NCBI GenBank assembly: GCA_965116535.1
Contig: OZ220703.1
Coordinates: 1,153,545-1,217,544, forward strand
Direction: 5' to 3'
Origin: Acidimicrobiales bacterium
Lineage (GTDB): Bacteria > Actinomycetota > Acidimicrobiia > Acidimicrobiales > Bin134
DNA: 64,000 bases
The translations under genes and the position numbers were made by a program. This document shows, piece after piece, positions 10,053-20,448 of the stretch (positions are counted from its first letter, which is position 1; each line of letters starts with the position of its first letter). The notes beneath the pieces were generated by a model. It was not told the DNA's origin, did not search any database, and worked only from the letters and a program-made list of their open reading frames with translations.

Positions 10053-10418
10053 TCAGATCCACCGAAGGACGCCCTTTCGCCAGGCGTATACCAAGCCCAG
10101 CGCAAGGATGAAGATGAAGATGGCCATCTCGACCAAGCCAAACGTTCCGTAGGCCTCCAGCCGGGTGGCCCAGGGGAAGATGAACACCGCCTCCACGTCG
10201 AACATCACGAACAAGAGGGCGAACACGTAGTAGCGGATGTTGCTCTGTGACCAACCCAGGCCCACGGGGTCGACGCCGCTCTCATAAGTGATGTATTTCT
10301 GGGGTTGCGAGCGGGTGGGACGAAGCAGGCTTCCGAGCCCCAGCATCCCGAATACCAACGCGCCGGCCAGCACGAGGAACAAGACGACGAGAAGGTAGTC
10401 GCGGAGGAACTCCGACAC
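10053..10418 (-). CDS. nuoA: NADH-quinone oxidoreductase subunit A
   Basis: 121 aa with three TM helices (YESGVDPVG, RYYVFALLFVMFDVEAVFIFPWA). First gene of the operon. Confidence 0.85.
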   Translation of the reverse strand: MSEFLRDYLLVVLFLVLAGALVFGMLGLGSLLRPTRSQPQKYITYESGVDPVGLGWSQSNIRYYVFALLFVMFDVEAVFIFPWATRLEAYGTFGLVEMAIFIFILALGLVYAWRKGVLRWI

Positions 10419-10462
10419 GGCTCGAAGGTTACCGATGGCGTTTTCTGCGGGCCAAGACGTAC

Positions 10463-11302
10463 TTAGGGGGCGGGTATAAAGGCAGCGGCAATAACCCCAG
10501 GTCCGGCGTGGGTGCCCACGACGGGGCCGATGAGTGTCACCGACAAGGGGCTGCGGGCGGGACCGTCGCCCAGGCTGGCTGTGAATGCGTCGATGTCGTC
10601 AGCCGCCCCGTGGGCCAAGGCCAATTGCTCCAATTCTCCGGCTTCGGCCACTTTCTTGCTCAGCCAAGTGCGGGCTTTACCTCGGGTCCGCTGCTTGCCT
10701 GCTTCCTCTACGACGCCCGAAGTTAGATCCAAACAGGGTATGATCGACAGGGCGCTGCCCAAAAGGGCCTGCGCGGTGCCGATGCGCCCGCCCTTTTTGA
10801 GATTGTCCAGGGTGTCCAGCACCGCAAAGATGAAGACCCGGTCTTTCAGCTGGGCCAGTTGGGCTTCGATCTCATCAGCACTGTGACCGGCTTCGGCAGC
10901 CTCGGCCGCGGCCTTCACCATGAGGCCCAGGCCTACCGACACCTTGCCGGAGTCCACCACCCGGACGTCGACCTCGCCCTCCAATGCACGAGACGCATTC
11001 TGAGCCGATTCCCCGGTGGCCGACAGGGCGAACGACAAGTTGACGCATACCACCGCGTCGGCCCCCCCGGCGGCCAGTTGCCGGAACACAGCCTCAAACG
11101 CACCCGGTGCCGGGGCGGCGGTGGACGGCAGTTCGCCGCTGGCTGCCATCTTCTCGTAAAAGCCATCAGCCGATAGATCTTGGCCGTCGGTGAACTCCTC
11201 GTCGCCAAATCGGATGGTAAGAGGAACCACGGTGATCTGGTAGCGCTCGATATCGGCGGCGCTGAGATCGCAGGAGCTGTCGGTCACGATGCGAACTGCC
11301 AT
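10463..11302 (-). CDS. DegV-family fatty-acid-binding protein
   Basis: 279 aa. The N-terminus MAVRIVTDSSCDLSAADIERYQITVVPLTIRFGDEEF is the typical DegV start. Confidence 0.8.
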   Translation of the reverse strand: MAVRIVTDSSCDLSAADIERYQITVVPLTIRFGDEEFTDGQDLSADGFYEKMAASGELPSTAAPAPGAFEAVFRQLAAGGADAVVCVNLSFALSATGESAQNASRALEGEVDVRVVDSGKVSVGLGLMVKAAAEAAEAGHSADEIEAQLAQLKDRVFIFAVLDTLDNLKKGGRIGTAQALLGSALSIIPCLDLTSGVVEEAGKQRTRGKARTWLSKKVAEAGELEQLALAHGAADDIDAFTASLGDGPARSPLSVTLIGPVVGTHAGPGVIAAAFIPAP

Positions 11303-11311
11303 GGCCAGACC

Positions 11312-13402
11312 CTACTCCGCAGGCTGAGTTTTGGGGCGATGACGAGACCACCAGTTGCGGGCCCACCACACCATCAGGATGGCCAGTGCGGCGGCCGCGA
11401 TTCCCACTCCGGCGCCCGACAAAGAGGTTGCCCGCACCGTCAGCTGGGATTCGCCCAGAGCCAGCAGGCCGGTGGGCGAGTTGACGCTGATCTCCAACAC
11501 GGCGTCGCCTGAAGTCTTGGCTCGCACCTCTACTTGCACTTGGTTGACCCCGGGGGACAGTCGCCAGAGCAAAGAATCCCCGTCGGGGAAGTCCAGCTTG
11601 TCGCTATTGAGATCCAAACGGACGATGACATCGTGGCTGAGGCTGTTGCGAATGAGCATCGGAATGCTGCCCGATCGGCTGGTCAGGGTGATCCGCTGCT
11701 GGCTCGGGGGCTCGATGGCGGCCACAGTGTCCCGCACGGTCTGGGCGACTACGGCCAAATAGGAGTCTCGCTGGGTCTCGGTGAGGCCATAGGTCCCCGA
11801 CAGGAGCAGAGCCCGTTCCAAGGTTTCGATCAACTGTCGCTCGGGGGTGCCCACGGTGGCGATCGGGTCCACCATGTTCTGGTACGACCGGGCGATTTGC
11901 TGGCCGACGGTCAAGGCAGCCTTGTAGTCCTCCCCGAAACCATTTTCCTCGGCGGGGCGCACCTCCCGGAGGGTGTCCGGCTCGAGCCTCTCGACAATCG
12001 TGGCGGGATCGACGGACGAAAGGATGGGGCTGGCGCTGATCTCGTCCAGCAGCACCCCCAGCCCAGTGGAATCCGGCAGTGAAGCCATGGGCGGTGCCAG
12101 CACGATCCCCCGGAGTCTCTGGGGGTCTTCAAACCAGCGCACGGCCAGATCAGCCAGCACCAGGTAAGGAGCGGTTTCGGGGCTGTTGGATCTGGTGAAG
12201 TGGGCGGTAACGCTGCTGTCGACAGCAACCGCTGGAGCCGGTTGGCCGAATGCGGGAAGCAGGAACGACGTCTTGGCCAACGTGCCGACCAGTTCATCAG
12301 CCGGATTGAGCAGAGCATCGGGAACCAGCACCAGCTCCACCTGTTCTCGCTGAAGCCGCTCGAGCAACTCGGGGGAGGCCGAAGTGGTCAGCAACATGAT
12401 GGTGCGATCGGGTTGCGAACCGAGGTATTCGTCCAGCACCGCAGCCCCCGCCTCGATCTGCCAGCCGATTTGAAGGCTTAGGTCTTGGTCGATCCATGCA
12501 TCGCTGTCCAAGGGGACGTAGGTGTTGCTCGCGATCTGGCGGTTGATCGTGGCCTGTTGGAGTCGGGTAAGCAGCTGGGCGTCCTCAGGCCGATCGCTGA
12601 TGGCCAGGGCGTCGATCAGATGAGGGTCGAGCGAGACCGTGGCCAGAATCTGGGGGCGAACCCGGGGGTCCAGCACGTCGGCCAGCGCTTGCAAGCTCTG
12701 GCCGGTGGGTCCCAGATCCACGTCGCCTTCTTGGTTTACCGCCGGGGGCCCGCTCACCGACAACACGGTGCTCACCAGCAGCGGCGGTTGGTTGGAGGCC
12801 GCCGGGGGGATGCGAACCAGGAAGGTATGGAGGGTGTCGAGTCGAATGCCATCGGAGTCCCGAAGAACGAGGCTTACCGGATACACCCCTTCGGCGGGCA
12901 GCGGGAGAAACAACTGATCCGAAGTTCCTGCCTCAAGAGCCGGGTCGGCGGTGGTGGTGATTTGCAGCGATACAACCCCGTCGGCATCGCGCTCGGGGAG
13001 GGCAAGTCGAGAAAACCGGTGCAGAACTGGTCCGGTTGACAGCCCGGCCAATCGATCCAAGAAAGCGGAGCGAGACCGGATGGGTCCCCCGATGTTGAAG
13101 TCAACGGTGGAATCGACGGTGGCGCCAATGATCCGAAAGGAAATCTGGAAGACGTCCTCTTCGGCGATCCACATGCTCTGGCTGACCAACTCGATGGAGG
13201 GTGCATATGTCTCGGAGACATCGTTGTTGTTCTGGCCGGTCGCGGCCGGGGTCGCGATGGCAGTCGCGGCCGAAAAGACAAAAGCCGCCACCAGCGCTAG
13301 CCGCTTGCTTCCCCGGCGGGGTCTCTGGCAACTATGGCCCACTGATCTCCAACTCCAGAACTTGCAGGCCGGGAGGAATCGGTTCGAAACCCAGTCGCTC
13401 AT
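11312..13402 (-). CDS. Large secreted, C-terminally membrane-anchored hypothetical protein (possibly DUF6049-like)
   Basis: 696-aa ORF with an N-terminal signal-like segment (RLALVAAFVFSAATAIATPAATG) and a C-terminal TM plus basic tail (GIAAAALAILMVWWARNWWSRHR). The family guess rests only on size, topology and proximity to cca, as in mycobacterial loci. The start is uncertain and overlaps the GNAT stop. Confidence 0.55.
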   Translation of the reverse strand: MSDWVSNRFLPACKFWSWRSVGHSCQRPRRGSKRLALVAAFVFSAATAIATPAATGQNNNDVSETYAPSIELVSQSMWIAEEDVFQISFRIIGATVDSTVDFNIGGPIRSRSAFLDRLAGLSTGPVLHRFSRLALPERDADGVVSLQITTTADPALEAGTSDQLFLPLPAEGVYPVSLVLRDSDGIRLDTLHTFLVRIPPAASNQPPLLVSTVLSVSGPPAVNQEGDVDLGPTGQSLQALADVLDPRVRPQILATVSLDPHLIDALAISDRPEDAQLLTRLQQATINRQIASNTYVPLDSDAWIDQDLSLQIGWQIEAGAAVLDEYLGSQPDRTIMLLTTSASPELLERLQREQVELVLVPDALLNPADELVGTLAKTSFLLPAFGQPAPAVAVDSSVTAHFTRSNSPETAPYLVLADLAVRWFEDPQRLRGIVLAPPMASLPDSTGLGVLLDEISASPILSSVDPATIVERLEPDTLREVRPAEENGFGEDYKAALTVGQQIARSYQNMVDPIATVGTPERQLIETLERALLLSGTYGLTETQRDSYLAVVAQTVRDTVAAIEPPSQQRITLTSRSGSIPMLIRNSLSHDVIVRLDLNSDKLDFPDGDSLLWRLSPGVNQVQVEVRAKTSGDAVLEISVNSPTGLLALGESQLTVRATSLSGAGVGIAAAALAILMVWWARNWWSRHRPKTQPAE

Positions 13403-14072
13403 AGAGGCGCAGGGCAGCAGTGTTGTGCTGAGGTGTGTTGACCCAAGCTTGGGTGGCGCCCCAACGGGCCATCCACATCAATCCGTCGATCACTAGGGCG
13501 GTGCCGGCCCCTTGGCCTTGCTGGCTGGGTGAGATTGCCAATCGCTGGAGATAGCCGGTCGGGCCGCTGCGCCCGGATATGGCGTAACCGGCTAGCGCGT
13601 TGTCAGAGTTTTGACGGGCCACACGAAACCGTCGGAAGGGTGTTGCTCGGAGCGCTTCGTGCAATCCGACCAGGTCGAGCTGCCAGATGGGCTCGAAGGC
13701 GGCATGGTCCACGGCCAACACTGAGGTGTGATCGCGGCGGCGGGCCTTTCGGAGGGCAATGTCTCCATTTCGTTCCGGTAGCTCGGGTTGAGTCGGGCGG
13801 GATAGCAAGGCCAACTGTTGGGCGGACTGGAATCCGGCTCGCAGGAACGGCTGGGCCTCGACATGCGAAAGGGCCGAAGTTCGGATTCGGAGATAGCCCT
13901 GGGCAGCCGCAGATTCGATCGAGTTGGTGACAGCGGCATCTGAGACTGCCGAACCGGAAGTCAGCAGGATGAGCAGGCCGGTTCCCGTTTCGCTGGCCCA
14001 GGGTCTGAGCCGCAGACGGTCGTGACCCAGTCGGAGCGTCACAGACTTCTGCCCCGACCGTCGGCCCAACAT
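13332..14072 (-). CDS. GNAT-family N-acetyltransferase
   Basis: The C-terminal 246 aa of track ORF 13332..14906 carry a GNAT core (GYLQRLAISPSQQGQGAGTALVIDGLMWMARWG, NTAALRLYERLGFE). The upstream 278 aa are a shadow frame antisense to the deacetylase gene. Start set at ATG 14072. Confidence 0.7.
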   Translation of the reverse strand: MLGRRSGQKSVTLRLGHDRLRLRPWASETGTGLLILLTSGSAVSDAAVTNSIESAAAQGYLRIRTSALSHVEAQPFLRAGFQSAQQLALLSRPTQPELPERNGDIALRKARRRDHTSVLAVDHAAFEPIWQLDLVGLHEALRATPFRRFRVARQNSDNALAGYAISGRSGPTGYLQRLAISPSQQGQGAGTALVIDGLMWMARWGATQAWVNTPQHNTAALRLYERLGFEPIPPGLQVLELEISGP

Positions 14073-14159
14073 GCCACCGAGGCTAGTGGTCAGGTTTTGA
14101 AGGGGCTGTGCGGGGATATTGGCGGATGTGGGGTGCGGAGGCGGGGGTACCGTGGGGAT

Positions 14160-15158
14160 GTGTCGGTTGTGTGGATCACCGATGATCGCTTTCTCGATCA
14201 CGACACCGGGCGCTCCCACCCGGAACGGCCGGCCCGACTCCGCGCTGTGATTGACGGGGTGCGGCAGGCCGACCTCGGTGACGCCCTTGTTCCCACCGAA
14301 CCCCGATTGGCCACCGATGCCGAACTCCTGTCGGTTCACGATGCGGCGGTGCTCGAGTCTGTACGCCGGGTAGCCCAAGCCGGGGGAGGTCGATTGGACC
14401 CCGACACGGCTATGGCCCCCGAGTCGGAGGCCGCGGCTCGGCTGGCCGCGGGGGCTGGGTTGGCGGCCATCGATGCACTGGACGCCGGAACCGCCGATGC
14501 CGCATTCTGCGCGGTGCGCCCACCGGGTCACCACGCCACACCGGTGCGCTCGATGGGGTTTTGCCTGTTCAACAGTGCCGCGGTCTGTGCCCGGACGCTG
14601 GCCGATCGGGGTGAGCGGGTTCTGGTGGTGGACTACGACGCCCACCACGGAAACGGCACCCAGGATGTGTTCTGGGAAGACAGCCAGGTGATGTACGTGT
14701 CGTGGCACCAATACCCCTTCTATCCCGGGACCGGCGGGCTCTTGGAGCGGGGCGAGGGGGCGGGTTTGGGCACCACCATCAACCTGCCCATGCCTATGGG
14801 GGCGACCGGCGATGTGTACCGCCAGGGCTGGGACGAGGCAGTGCTGCCCGCGGTGGAGGCGTTCGACCCTGATTGGCTGGTGCTGTCGGCTGGGTTCGAT
14901 GCTCACCGGGCCGACCCGCTGACCAACCTGGGGTTGGCCGCCGGAGACTTTGCCGATCTGACCGAAGCGGCGATCAGTGTGGTGCCCCCAGGTCGGCGAA
15001 TCGCCTTTTTGGAGGGCGGCTACGACTTGGATGCCCTGGCCGACTGTGCTGCTGCGGCGGTGGCTGTCCTAGCCGGCACAGCCTGGCGACCGGAGCCGGC
15101 CACGGGGGGAGGCCCGGGGGCGGAGGTAGCGGCCGCTGCGGCCGCGTTGTTGCCATGA
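14160..15158 (+). CDS. Histone-deacetylase-family (acetoin utilisation/acetylpolyamine-type) amidohydrolase
   Basis: Motifs AVRPPGHHA, VVDYDAHHGNGTQDVF and SAGFDAHRADPL. Start trimmed to GTG 14160, just before the conserved WITDDRFLDHDTG. Confidence 0.8.
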   Translation: MSVVWITDDRFLDHDTGRSHPERPARLRAVIDGVRQADLGDALVPTEPRLATDAELLSVHDAAVLESVRRVAQAGGGRLDPDTAMAPESEAAARLAAGAGLAAIDALDAGTADAAFCAVRPPGHHATPVRSMGFCLFNSAAVCARTLADRGERVLVVDYDAHHGNGTQDVFWEDSQVMYVSWHQYPFYPGTGGLLERGEGAGLGTTINLPMPMGATGDVYRQGWDEAVLPAVEAFDPDWLVLSAGFDAHRADPLTNLGLAAGDFADLTEAAISVVPPGRRIAFLEGGYDLDALADCAAAAVAVLAGTAWRPEPATGGGPGAEVAAAAAALLP

Positions 15159-16381
15159 GCTTGGAAAGCCTGGCGGCCGTTCGCGAGGAAGCTCGCGAGT
15201 TGGCCGACCGGTTTGCCGCCGATGGCTACCGGGTCTATCTGGTGGGCGGAATCGTGCGCGACGCCATGCTGGGTTTGCCCCTGGACGCAGCCTTAGATCT
15301 GGATCTCACCGCCGATGCTCAGCCGCCCGCGGTGAAATCGATCTTGGAAGATTGGGCCGACACCTTGTGGACTCAAGGCGAGCGATTTGGAACCATCGGC
15401 GCCCGCCGTGGCAATCGCCGGGTTGAGATCACCACCCACCGTACTGAGCGGTACCAACCGGGCTCCCGCAAGCCCGACGTGGATTTCGCCGACGCCATCG
15501 AGGCCGATCTCTCCCGCCGTGACTTCACCATCAATGCCATGGCCGTCGAATTGCCCGACGGCGATCTGGTTGATCCTTTTGGCGGAGCAGCCGACCTGGC
15601 TGCTGGCCGCCTCCGCACCCCACTGGACCCGGAGGCGACGTTCAGCGACGACCCCTTGCGCATGCTGCGGGCGGCGCGGTTCTTGGCCCAATTTGAGCTC
15701 ATTGCCGAACCGCAGTTGGTAGCGGCCATGGCTGCGATGGGCGATCGGCTGAGTATCGTGGCCGACGAGCGGATCCGCGATGAGCTCGATCGACTGCTGG
15801 TGCTGCCCAATCCCATACCGGGATTCGCGTTGATGTTTGAGACCGGTTTGGCGGAACGGGTGCTGGGGATTTCTGGGGACGGCTCTTCGGCCCTAGACCG
15901 TGTGAGTCGTGCGGGCCAAGATCCAATAACCCGTTTGGCGCTGTTGCTGGCCGATACGGGAACGCCCGCCGACGCGCAGGCAGCGTTGTCGGAGCGGCGA
16001 GCGCCCACTGCGGTCAGCCGGGCGGTTTTTGCCGTACTGGCTGCGGCCAGACGAGCCGTCGAACGGCCGTATTGGGCTCTGCCCGAGTTGCGGCGATGGG
16101 TGGTCGATGCCGGTGACTTTGTGGATCAGTCGGTGGCGGTGGCGTCAGTTCTGGGCGCAGCGAGCTCGCTAGCCGCCGATGTAGAGGCGCTGATGGAGGC
16201 CGAGCCCGATCTCTGCGGCCCCCCGGTGCTCGACGGCGACGAGATCATGGCCCTGCTGGGGTTAGAACCCGGTCCCGACGTTGGCAAGGCCGTAGAGGAA
16301 CTCCGTCGCCACCGCCTCGAATCCGGCCCCCTCACCCCTGAAGAGGCTCGGGAGCATTTGCTGGGTTGGCTCGCTAGATGA
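15155..16381 (+). CDS. cca: CCA tRNA nucleotidyltransferase / poly(A) polymerase family protein
   Basis: Motifs [28 protein letters not shown] and [14 protein letters not shown] 15155 overlaps the upstream stop as ATGA. The track ORF from 14873 is over-extended. Confidence 0.8.
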   Translation: MSLESLAAVREEARELADRFAADGYRVYLVGGIVRDAMLGLPLDAALDLDLTADAQPPAVKSILEDWADTLWTQGERFGTIGARRGNRRVEITTHRTERYQPGSRKPDVDFADAIEADLSRRDFTINAMAVELPDGDLVDPFGGAADLAAGRLRTPLDPEATFSDDPLRMLRAARFLAQFELIAEPQLVAAMAAMGDRLSIVADERIRDELDRLLVLPNPIPGFALMFETGLAERVLGISGDGSSALDRVSRAGQDPITRLALLLADTGTPADAQAALSERRAPTAVSRAVFAVLAAARRAVERPYWALPELRRWVVDAGDFVDQSVAVASVLGAASSLAADVEALMEAEPDLCGPPVLDGDEIMALLGLEPGPDVGKAVEELRRHRLESGPLTPEEAREHLLGWLAR

Positions 16382-17453
16382 CTTCGCCTCGGGCGTAGGC
16401 CTCGACCATCTCTCGGGCGACCTCGTCGCGGTATTGGATGGGCGGGCTCTTCATGAAGTAGGCCGACGGGCCGAGCAGAGGTCCGCCGATGCCGTGGTCC
16501 AAGCCGAGCTTGGCGCAGCGCAGGGCGTCGATAATGACGCCGGCGGAGTTGGGGGAGTCCACCACCTCCAGCTTGAGGTCGATATTGAGGGGCACGTCGC
16601 CGAAACCCCGGCCTTCGAGACGGATGTGGGCCCACTTCCGGTCGTTCAGCCAAGGGACGTGGTCGCTGGGGCCGATGTGCACGTCATCGGCGGCGATGCC
16701 CTTGTCTAGCTGGCTGGTGACCGACTGCGTCTTGGATATCTTCTTGGACACCAGCCGGGACCGCTCCAGCATGTTCATGAAGTCCATGTTCCCGCCGAAG
16801 TTGAGCTGATAGGTGCGGTCGAGTTCCACCCCGCGGTCCTCGTAGAGCCGGGCCAGGGTGCGGTGCACGATGGTGGCGCCAACCTGGCTCTTAATGTCGT
16901 CGCCCACCACCGGCACACCGGCGTCGGTGAAGCGCTGGCCCCACTCCGGATCCGAGGCGATGAACACCGGGATGGCGTTAACAAAGGCCACACCGGCCTC
17001 CAGGCAGCACTCGGCGTAGTAGCGCTGGGCCTGCTCGGAGCCCACCGGCAGGTAGGAGATGAGCACGTCGGCACCGGCTTCCCGCAGCGCCTCGGCAACG
17101 TCGATCGGTTCAGCCGGCGACTCCTCGCACTGGGTGCGGTAGTACTCGCCGAATCCGTCCAAAGTGGGTGCCCGCTGCACCCTCACCCCCAGCTCGGGCA
17201 CGTCGCAGAACTGCACCGTGTTGTTGGGTTCGGCCCCGATGGCCTTGCCCAGATCCAGGCCGACCTTGGAGGCGTCCACATCGAAGGCCGCCACCGGTTC
17301 GACATCGTTGATGTGGTAGCCCCCGAGCACCACGTGCATGAGACCGGGGACGTGGTCGTCGGGTTCGGCGTCGGCGTAGTAGTGCAGGCCCTGCACCAAG
17401 GAGCTGGCGCAGTTGCCGACACCGGCGATGGCGATGCGAATGGGATTGCTCAT
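16374..17453 (-). CDS. ino1: myo-inositol-1-phosphate synthase
   Basis: [26 protein letters not shown]... with the bacterial Ino1 pattern throughout. Start at ATG 17453. Adjacent PadR gene, as in mycobacteria. Confidence 0.85.
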   Translation of the reverse strand: MSNPIRIAIAGVGNCASSLVQGLHYYADAEPDDHVPGLMHVVLGGYHINDVEPVAAFDVDASKVGLDLGKAIGAEPNNTVQFCDVPELGVRVQRAPTLDGFGEYYRTQCEESPAEPIDVAEALREAGADVLISYLPVGSEQAQRYYAECCLEAGVAFVNAIPVFIASDPEWGQRFTDAGVPVVGDDIKSQVGATIVHRTLARLYEDRGVELDRTYQLNFGGNMDFMNMLERSRLVSKKISKTQSVTSQLDKGIAADDVHIGPSDHVPWLNDRKWAHIRLEGRGFGDVPLNIDLKLEVVDSPNSAGVIIDALRCAKLGLDHGIGGPLLGPSAYFMKSPPIQYRDEVAREMVEAYARGEVI

Positions 17454-17496
17454 AGTTGCTGCCCTCCCTGGGCGCGGTGGGATCGATTGGTGTCGA

Positions 17497-18084
17497 TCAC
17501 CGGTCATTCGGTTCTTGTGGTCGGTTGGCCCGTTCGTCGGCGATCAGGCGGTCGAGCCAAACCAAGTCGTGCTCGAGGCGCTCCTGGTCTCTTTCGAACA
17601 GGGAGCGCACGTAGGGATCGGTGGTCTGTACGGGATCTCGGCGGGCCATGGCTTGCAGGCTCACCAAGTGAGCCCGGCGCAATTCAAAGAGCGCCAGCCT
17701 CCGGTCGGGCGGCAAGAAGCGGCAAAAGGCCAACTGCAATCGGAAGCGGCGCTCGTTGTTGGCGTCTTCCTGGAGCAGCTCCAGCAGGTACGACTCGCCG
17801 GCTTCGGTGATGTGGTACACCTTGCGGGTCCGGCCTGATTTGGACTTGGTGCTGCGCTTTCGGTTGCGACGAGCCTGGCCCTCGGGGGTCTCCTCATCGG
17901 CGATGAGCTCGGGAGCTACGGCGGCGGAGCTCACCCAGCCGCGGCGTTCCAAGCGGGCCAGCGCCGGGTACAGCGCCCCGAAGGATGTGGAGTATCCGCC
18001 GACCAGCGACTTGAGACGCTTGTTCAGCTCATAGCCGTGAAGATCGCCCTCTTTGAGCAATCCGAGCACCGCGAGGTCCAACAT
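17497..18084 (-). CDS. PadR-family transcriptional regulator
   Basis: [51 protein letters not shown] is a canonical PadR wHTH. Confidence 0.8.
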   Translation of the reverse strand: MLDLAVLGLLKEGDLHGYELNKRLKSLVGGYSTSFGALYPALARLERRGWVSSAAVAPELIADEETPEGQARRNRKRSTKSKSGRTRKVYHITEAGESYLLELLQEDANNERRFRLQLAFCRFLPPDRRLALFELRRAHLVSLQAMARRDPVQTTDPYVRSLFERDQERLEHDLVWLDRLIADERANRPQEPNDR

Positions 18085-18151
18085 TGGATCGCGATTATAT
18101 CGAAACGCTATATCTGATCAACTTGTCGGCGCGCGATAGGCCGTTCAGCGG

Positions 18152-18673
18152 TCAGTGGAATAAGCCGACGGAAATGTCCTCGGGGCCGCGGATGGATCGG
18201 GGGTCATGGGGGGCTGGGTCGGAGTTGGGCACGGTCACGGTGTGGTCGGTTATGTAGTTGCGGTGGTTAATGGCCCATCGGCCGTCACGGTAGGACCACC
18301 GGTCGACATAACGGCCGCGGCTGTAAATGTCGGCGACATCGGCACTGTCGCCGAATGGCAGGGTCCGCAATGCCACCGTTACGTAGGCCTCGCTGACGGC
18401 TTCATCCCCGTACACCTGGATCAACACGTTGGTGATCTGGTGGCTATGGGTGGACATCGCGGCATGAGCCGTCCACACCCAGTCCACGAACCCCCAACCG
18501 GTCCCCTGGTAGATGTCCTCGCCGTAGTCGGCGGTGCCGTCAGGGTGCCATATCTTGTAGGCCGCATCCTTGTCCATCCGATCGAGCGCTCGGCAGTAGC
18601 CGTAGATCACCTCGGTAATGGCCTGTTTGGCCATCATTGATTGAAGTGCGTCGCCGCTGAGAGGGTCAGTCAT
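18152..18673 (-). CDS. SnoaL-like / NTF2-fold protein
   Basis: 173 aa. The pattern ITEVIYGYCRALDRMDKDAAYKIWHPDGTADYG is typical of SnoaL_4-type proteins. Confidence 0.6.
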   Translation of the reverse strand: MTDPLSGDALQSMMAKQAITEVIYGYCRALDRMDKDAAYKIWHPDGTADYGEDIYQGTGWGFVDWVWTAHAAMSTHSHQITNVLIQVYGDEAVSEAYVTVALRTLPFGDSADVADIYSRGRYVDRWSYRDGRWAINHRNYITDHTVTVPNSDPAPHDPRSIRGPEDISVGLFH

Positions 18674-18747
18674 AACTCCATTTTCTATCGCGGAATGGGC
18701 CTTGTGCGATGGGGTTGGCTCTAGTTCTTTTGTTTATCGTTTGAGCC

Positions 18748-20448
18748 ATGTCTGACCTGATCATTCGCGGTGGCAATCTGATTGATGGCACTGGGGCCCG
18801 GGCCCGAAGCGCCGATGTGCGCATCAACGGTGGCGTTGTCACCGAGGTTGGTCCGAATTTGGCCCCTGATGGCGAGGCTGAGCTGGATGCCGGCGGCTGC
18901 TACGTGACCCCTGGGTTCATCGACTCCCACACCCATCTGGATCCGTCGATGTTCTGGGACCGGGGCTGCGACCCAATGCCCCAGCACGGGGTGACCACCG
19001 CATTGATCGGCAATTGCTCGCTGTCGCTGGCGCCGGCCAAGCCCGAGCATCTCGATGAGCTCATCGATGTGTTCTGCTACATCGAGGACATGCCGGTGGC
19101 TGACTTTGAGTCGGGAATTCCCTGGACCTGGGGGTCGTGGCGTCAATACCGCGACGCCATGAACCAAGGGGGCATCGCCTTGAACATGGCCTCTTTGATC
19201 GGCCATTCCATGCTGCGGATCTACGTCATGGGCGACGACGCCTGGACCCGAGAGGCCACCGCCGACGAGATCGCCGGTATGGCTGCCGAGATGGCCGATG
19301 CCATGGAGGCGGGCTGCTACGGCTTCAGCACCTCGTTCTTCGACTTGGACAGGCGCAGCCGCCCGGTGCCGAGTCGGCTGGCCTGCGATGGGGAGCTGAG
19401 CGCTCTGGCCGACGTGCTGGCTGCCGCGGGCCACGGCTTGGTGGAGTTCATTCCCAACCTCACTGGCGAGGATCCCGAAGCCGACATCCGTCGTATGGCC
19501 CAGGTGCTTGGGCCTCGAGGGGTGACTTCAATCTGGAACGGGGTTTCCCACAGCGACATGGCTCCTCACCGCCCGGAGGAATACATGGCGTTCACCCAGT
19601 CGATCCGAGACGAGGGCTGCGACATGTGGCCAATCTCTTCGCCCCGCACCGTGGACCTCAACGTGAGCTGGGAGCAGACCATGGTGTTCATGATGCTCCC
19701 CAAGGGTTGGAACCAGATCATGGGGGTGACTGGTGAGGCCCGCCGGGAGATGCTGGCCGACCCCGGCTGGAGAGAGATCGCCCGTAACGAATGGGATGCC
19801 ACCGAGAAGTCGCTGTTCCCCATCAATCGGCCCGACTTCGCGCGGTTCACCTCGGTAACCAGGCCCGACAACGAGGCTTGGCTGGGCCGCTCACTGGCCG
19901 AATTGACCGAGGCTCGAGGCGGCCATCCCTCCGATGTGTTCGCCGACTGGATTCTGGAGAACGACTTGGAGCCTGGGGTGGTGGCCATGGGGGTGAGCAA
20001 CAGCAACATCGACGGCGTGGCCCAGATGATCTCCGACGACCGCTGTCTCATCAGCGCCTCCGACGCCGGTGCGCACGTGCAGATGATGTGCGCGGCGGGC
20101 GACACCACCTTGCTTCTGACCCGCCATGTGCGCGACCGGGGCGATCTCGAGTTGGAGGAGGCGGTATATGAGGTAACCGGCCGCCAAGCCGAGATTTTGG
20201 GGTTCAACGATAGAGGCCGTCTGCGGCCCGGCTACGCCGGCGATGTGACGGTGTTCGACTTGGACGAGTTGTCGTGGGACACCGACAGGTTTGTATCCGA
20301 CCTGCCCTCAGGGGCTCCCCGCCTGCGCCGTCCGGCTGGCGGCTACCGGGCTACTGCGGTCAACGGAGTGCTGACCCAGGTAGAGGGGAAGCTCACTGGA
20401 GCGAATCCCGGAGAGGTGCTCGACGCCAACACGCCGGTTCCTAGCTAG
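18748..20448 (+). CDS. Amidohydrolase, N-acyl-D-amino-acid deacylase (D-aminoacylase) family
   Basis: 566 aa. N-terminus LIIRGGNLIDGTG...VTPGFIDSHTHLD and the C-terminal beta-barrel pattern DVTVFDLDEL. Confidence 0.75.
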   Translation: MSDLIIRGGNLIDGTGARARSADVRINGGVVTEVGPNLAPDGEAELDAGGCYVTPGFIDSHTHLDPSMFWDRGCDPMPQHGVTTALIGNCSLSLAPAKPEHLDELIDVFCYIEDMPVADFESGIPWTWGSWRQYRDAMNQGGIALNMASLIGHSMLRIYVMGDDAWTREATADEIAGMAAEMADAMEAGCYGFSTSFFDLDRRSRPVPSRLACDGELSALADVLAAAGHGLVEFIPNLTGEDPEADIRRMAQVLGPRGVTSIWNGVSHSDMAPHRPEEYMAFTQSIRDEGCDMWPISSPRTVDLNVSWEQTMVFMMLPKGWNQIMGVTGEARREMLADPGWREIARNEWDATEKSLFPINRPDFARFTSVTRPDNEAWLGRSLAELTEARGGHPSDVFADWILENDLEPGVVAMGVSNSNIDGVAQMISDDRCLISASDAGAHVQMMCAAGDTTLLLTRHVRDRGDLELEEAVYEVTGRQAEILGFNDRGRLRPGYAGDVTVFDLDELSWDTDRFVSDLPSGAPRLRRPAGGYRATAVNGVLTQVEGKLTGANPGEVLDANTPVPS

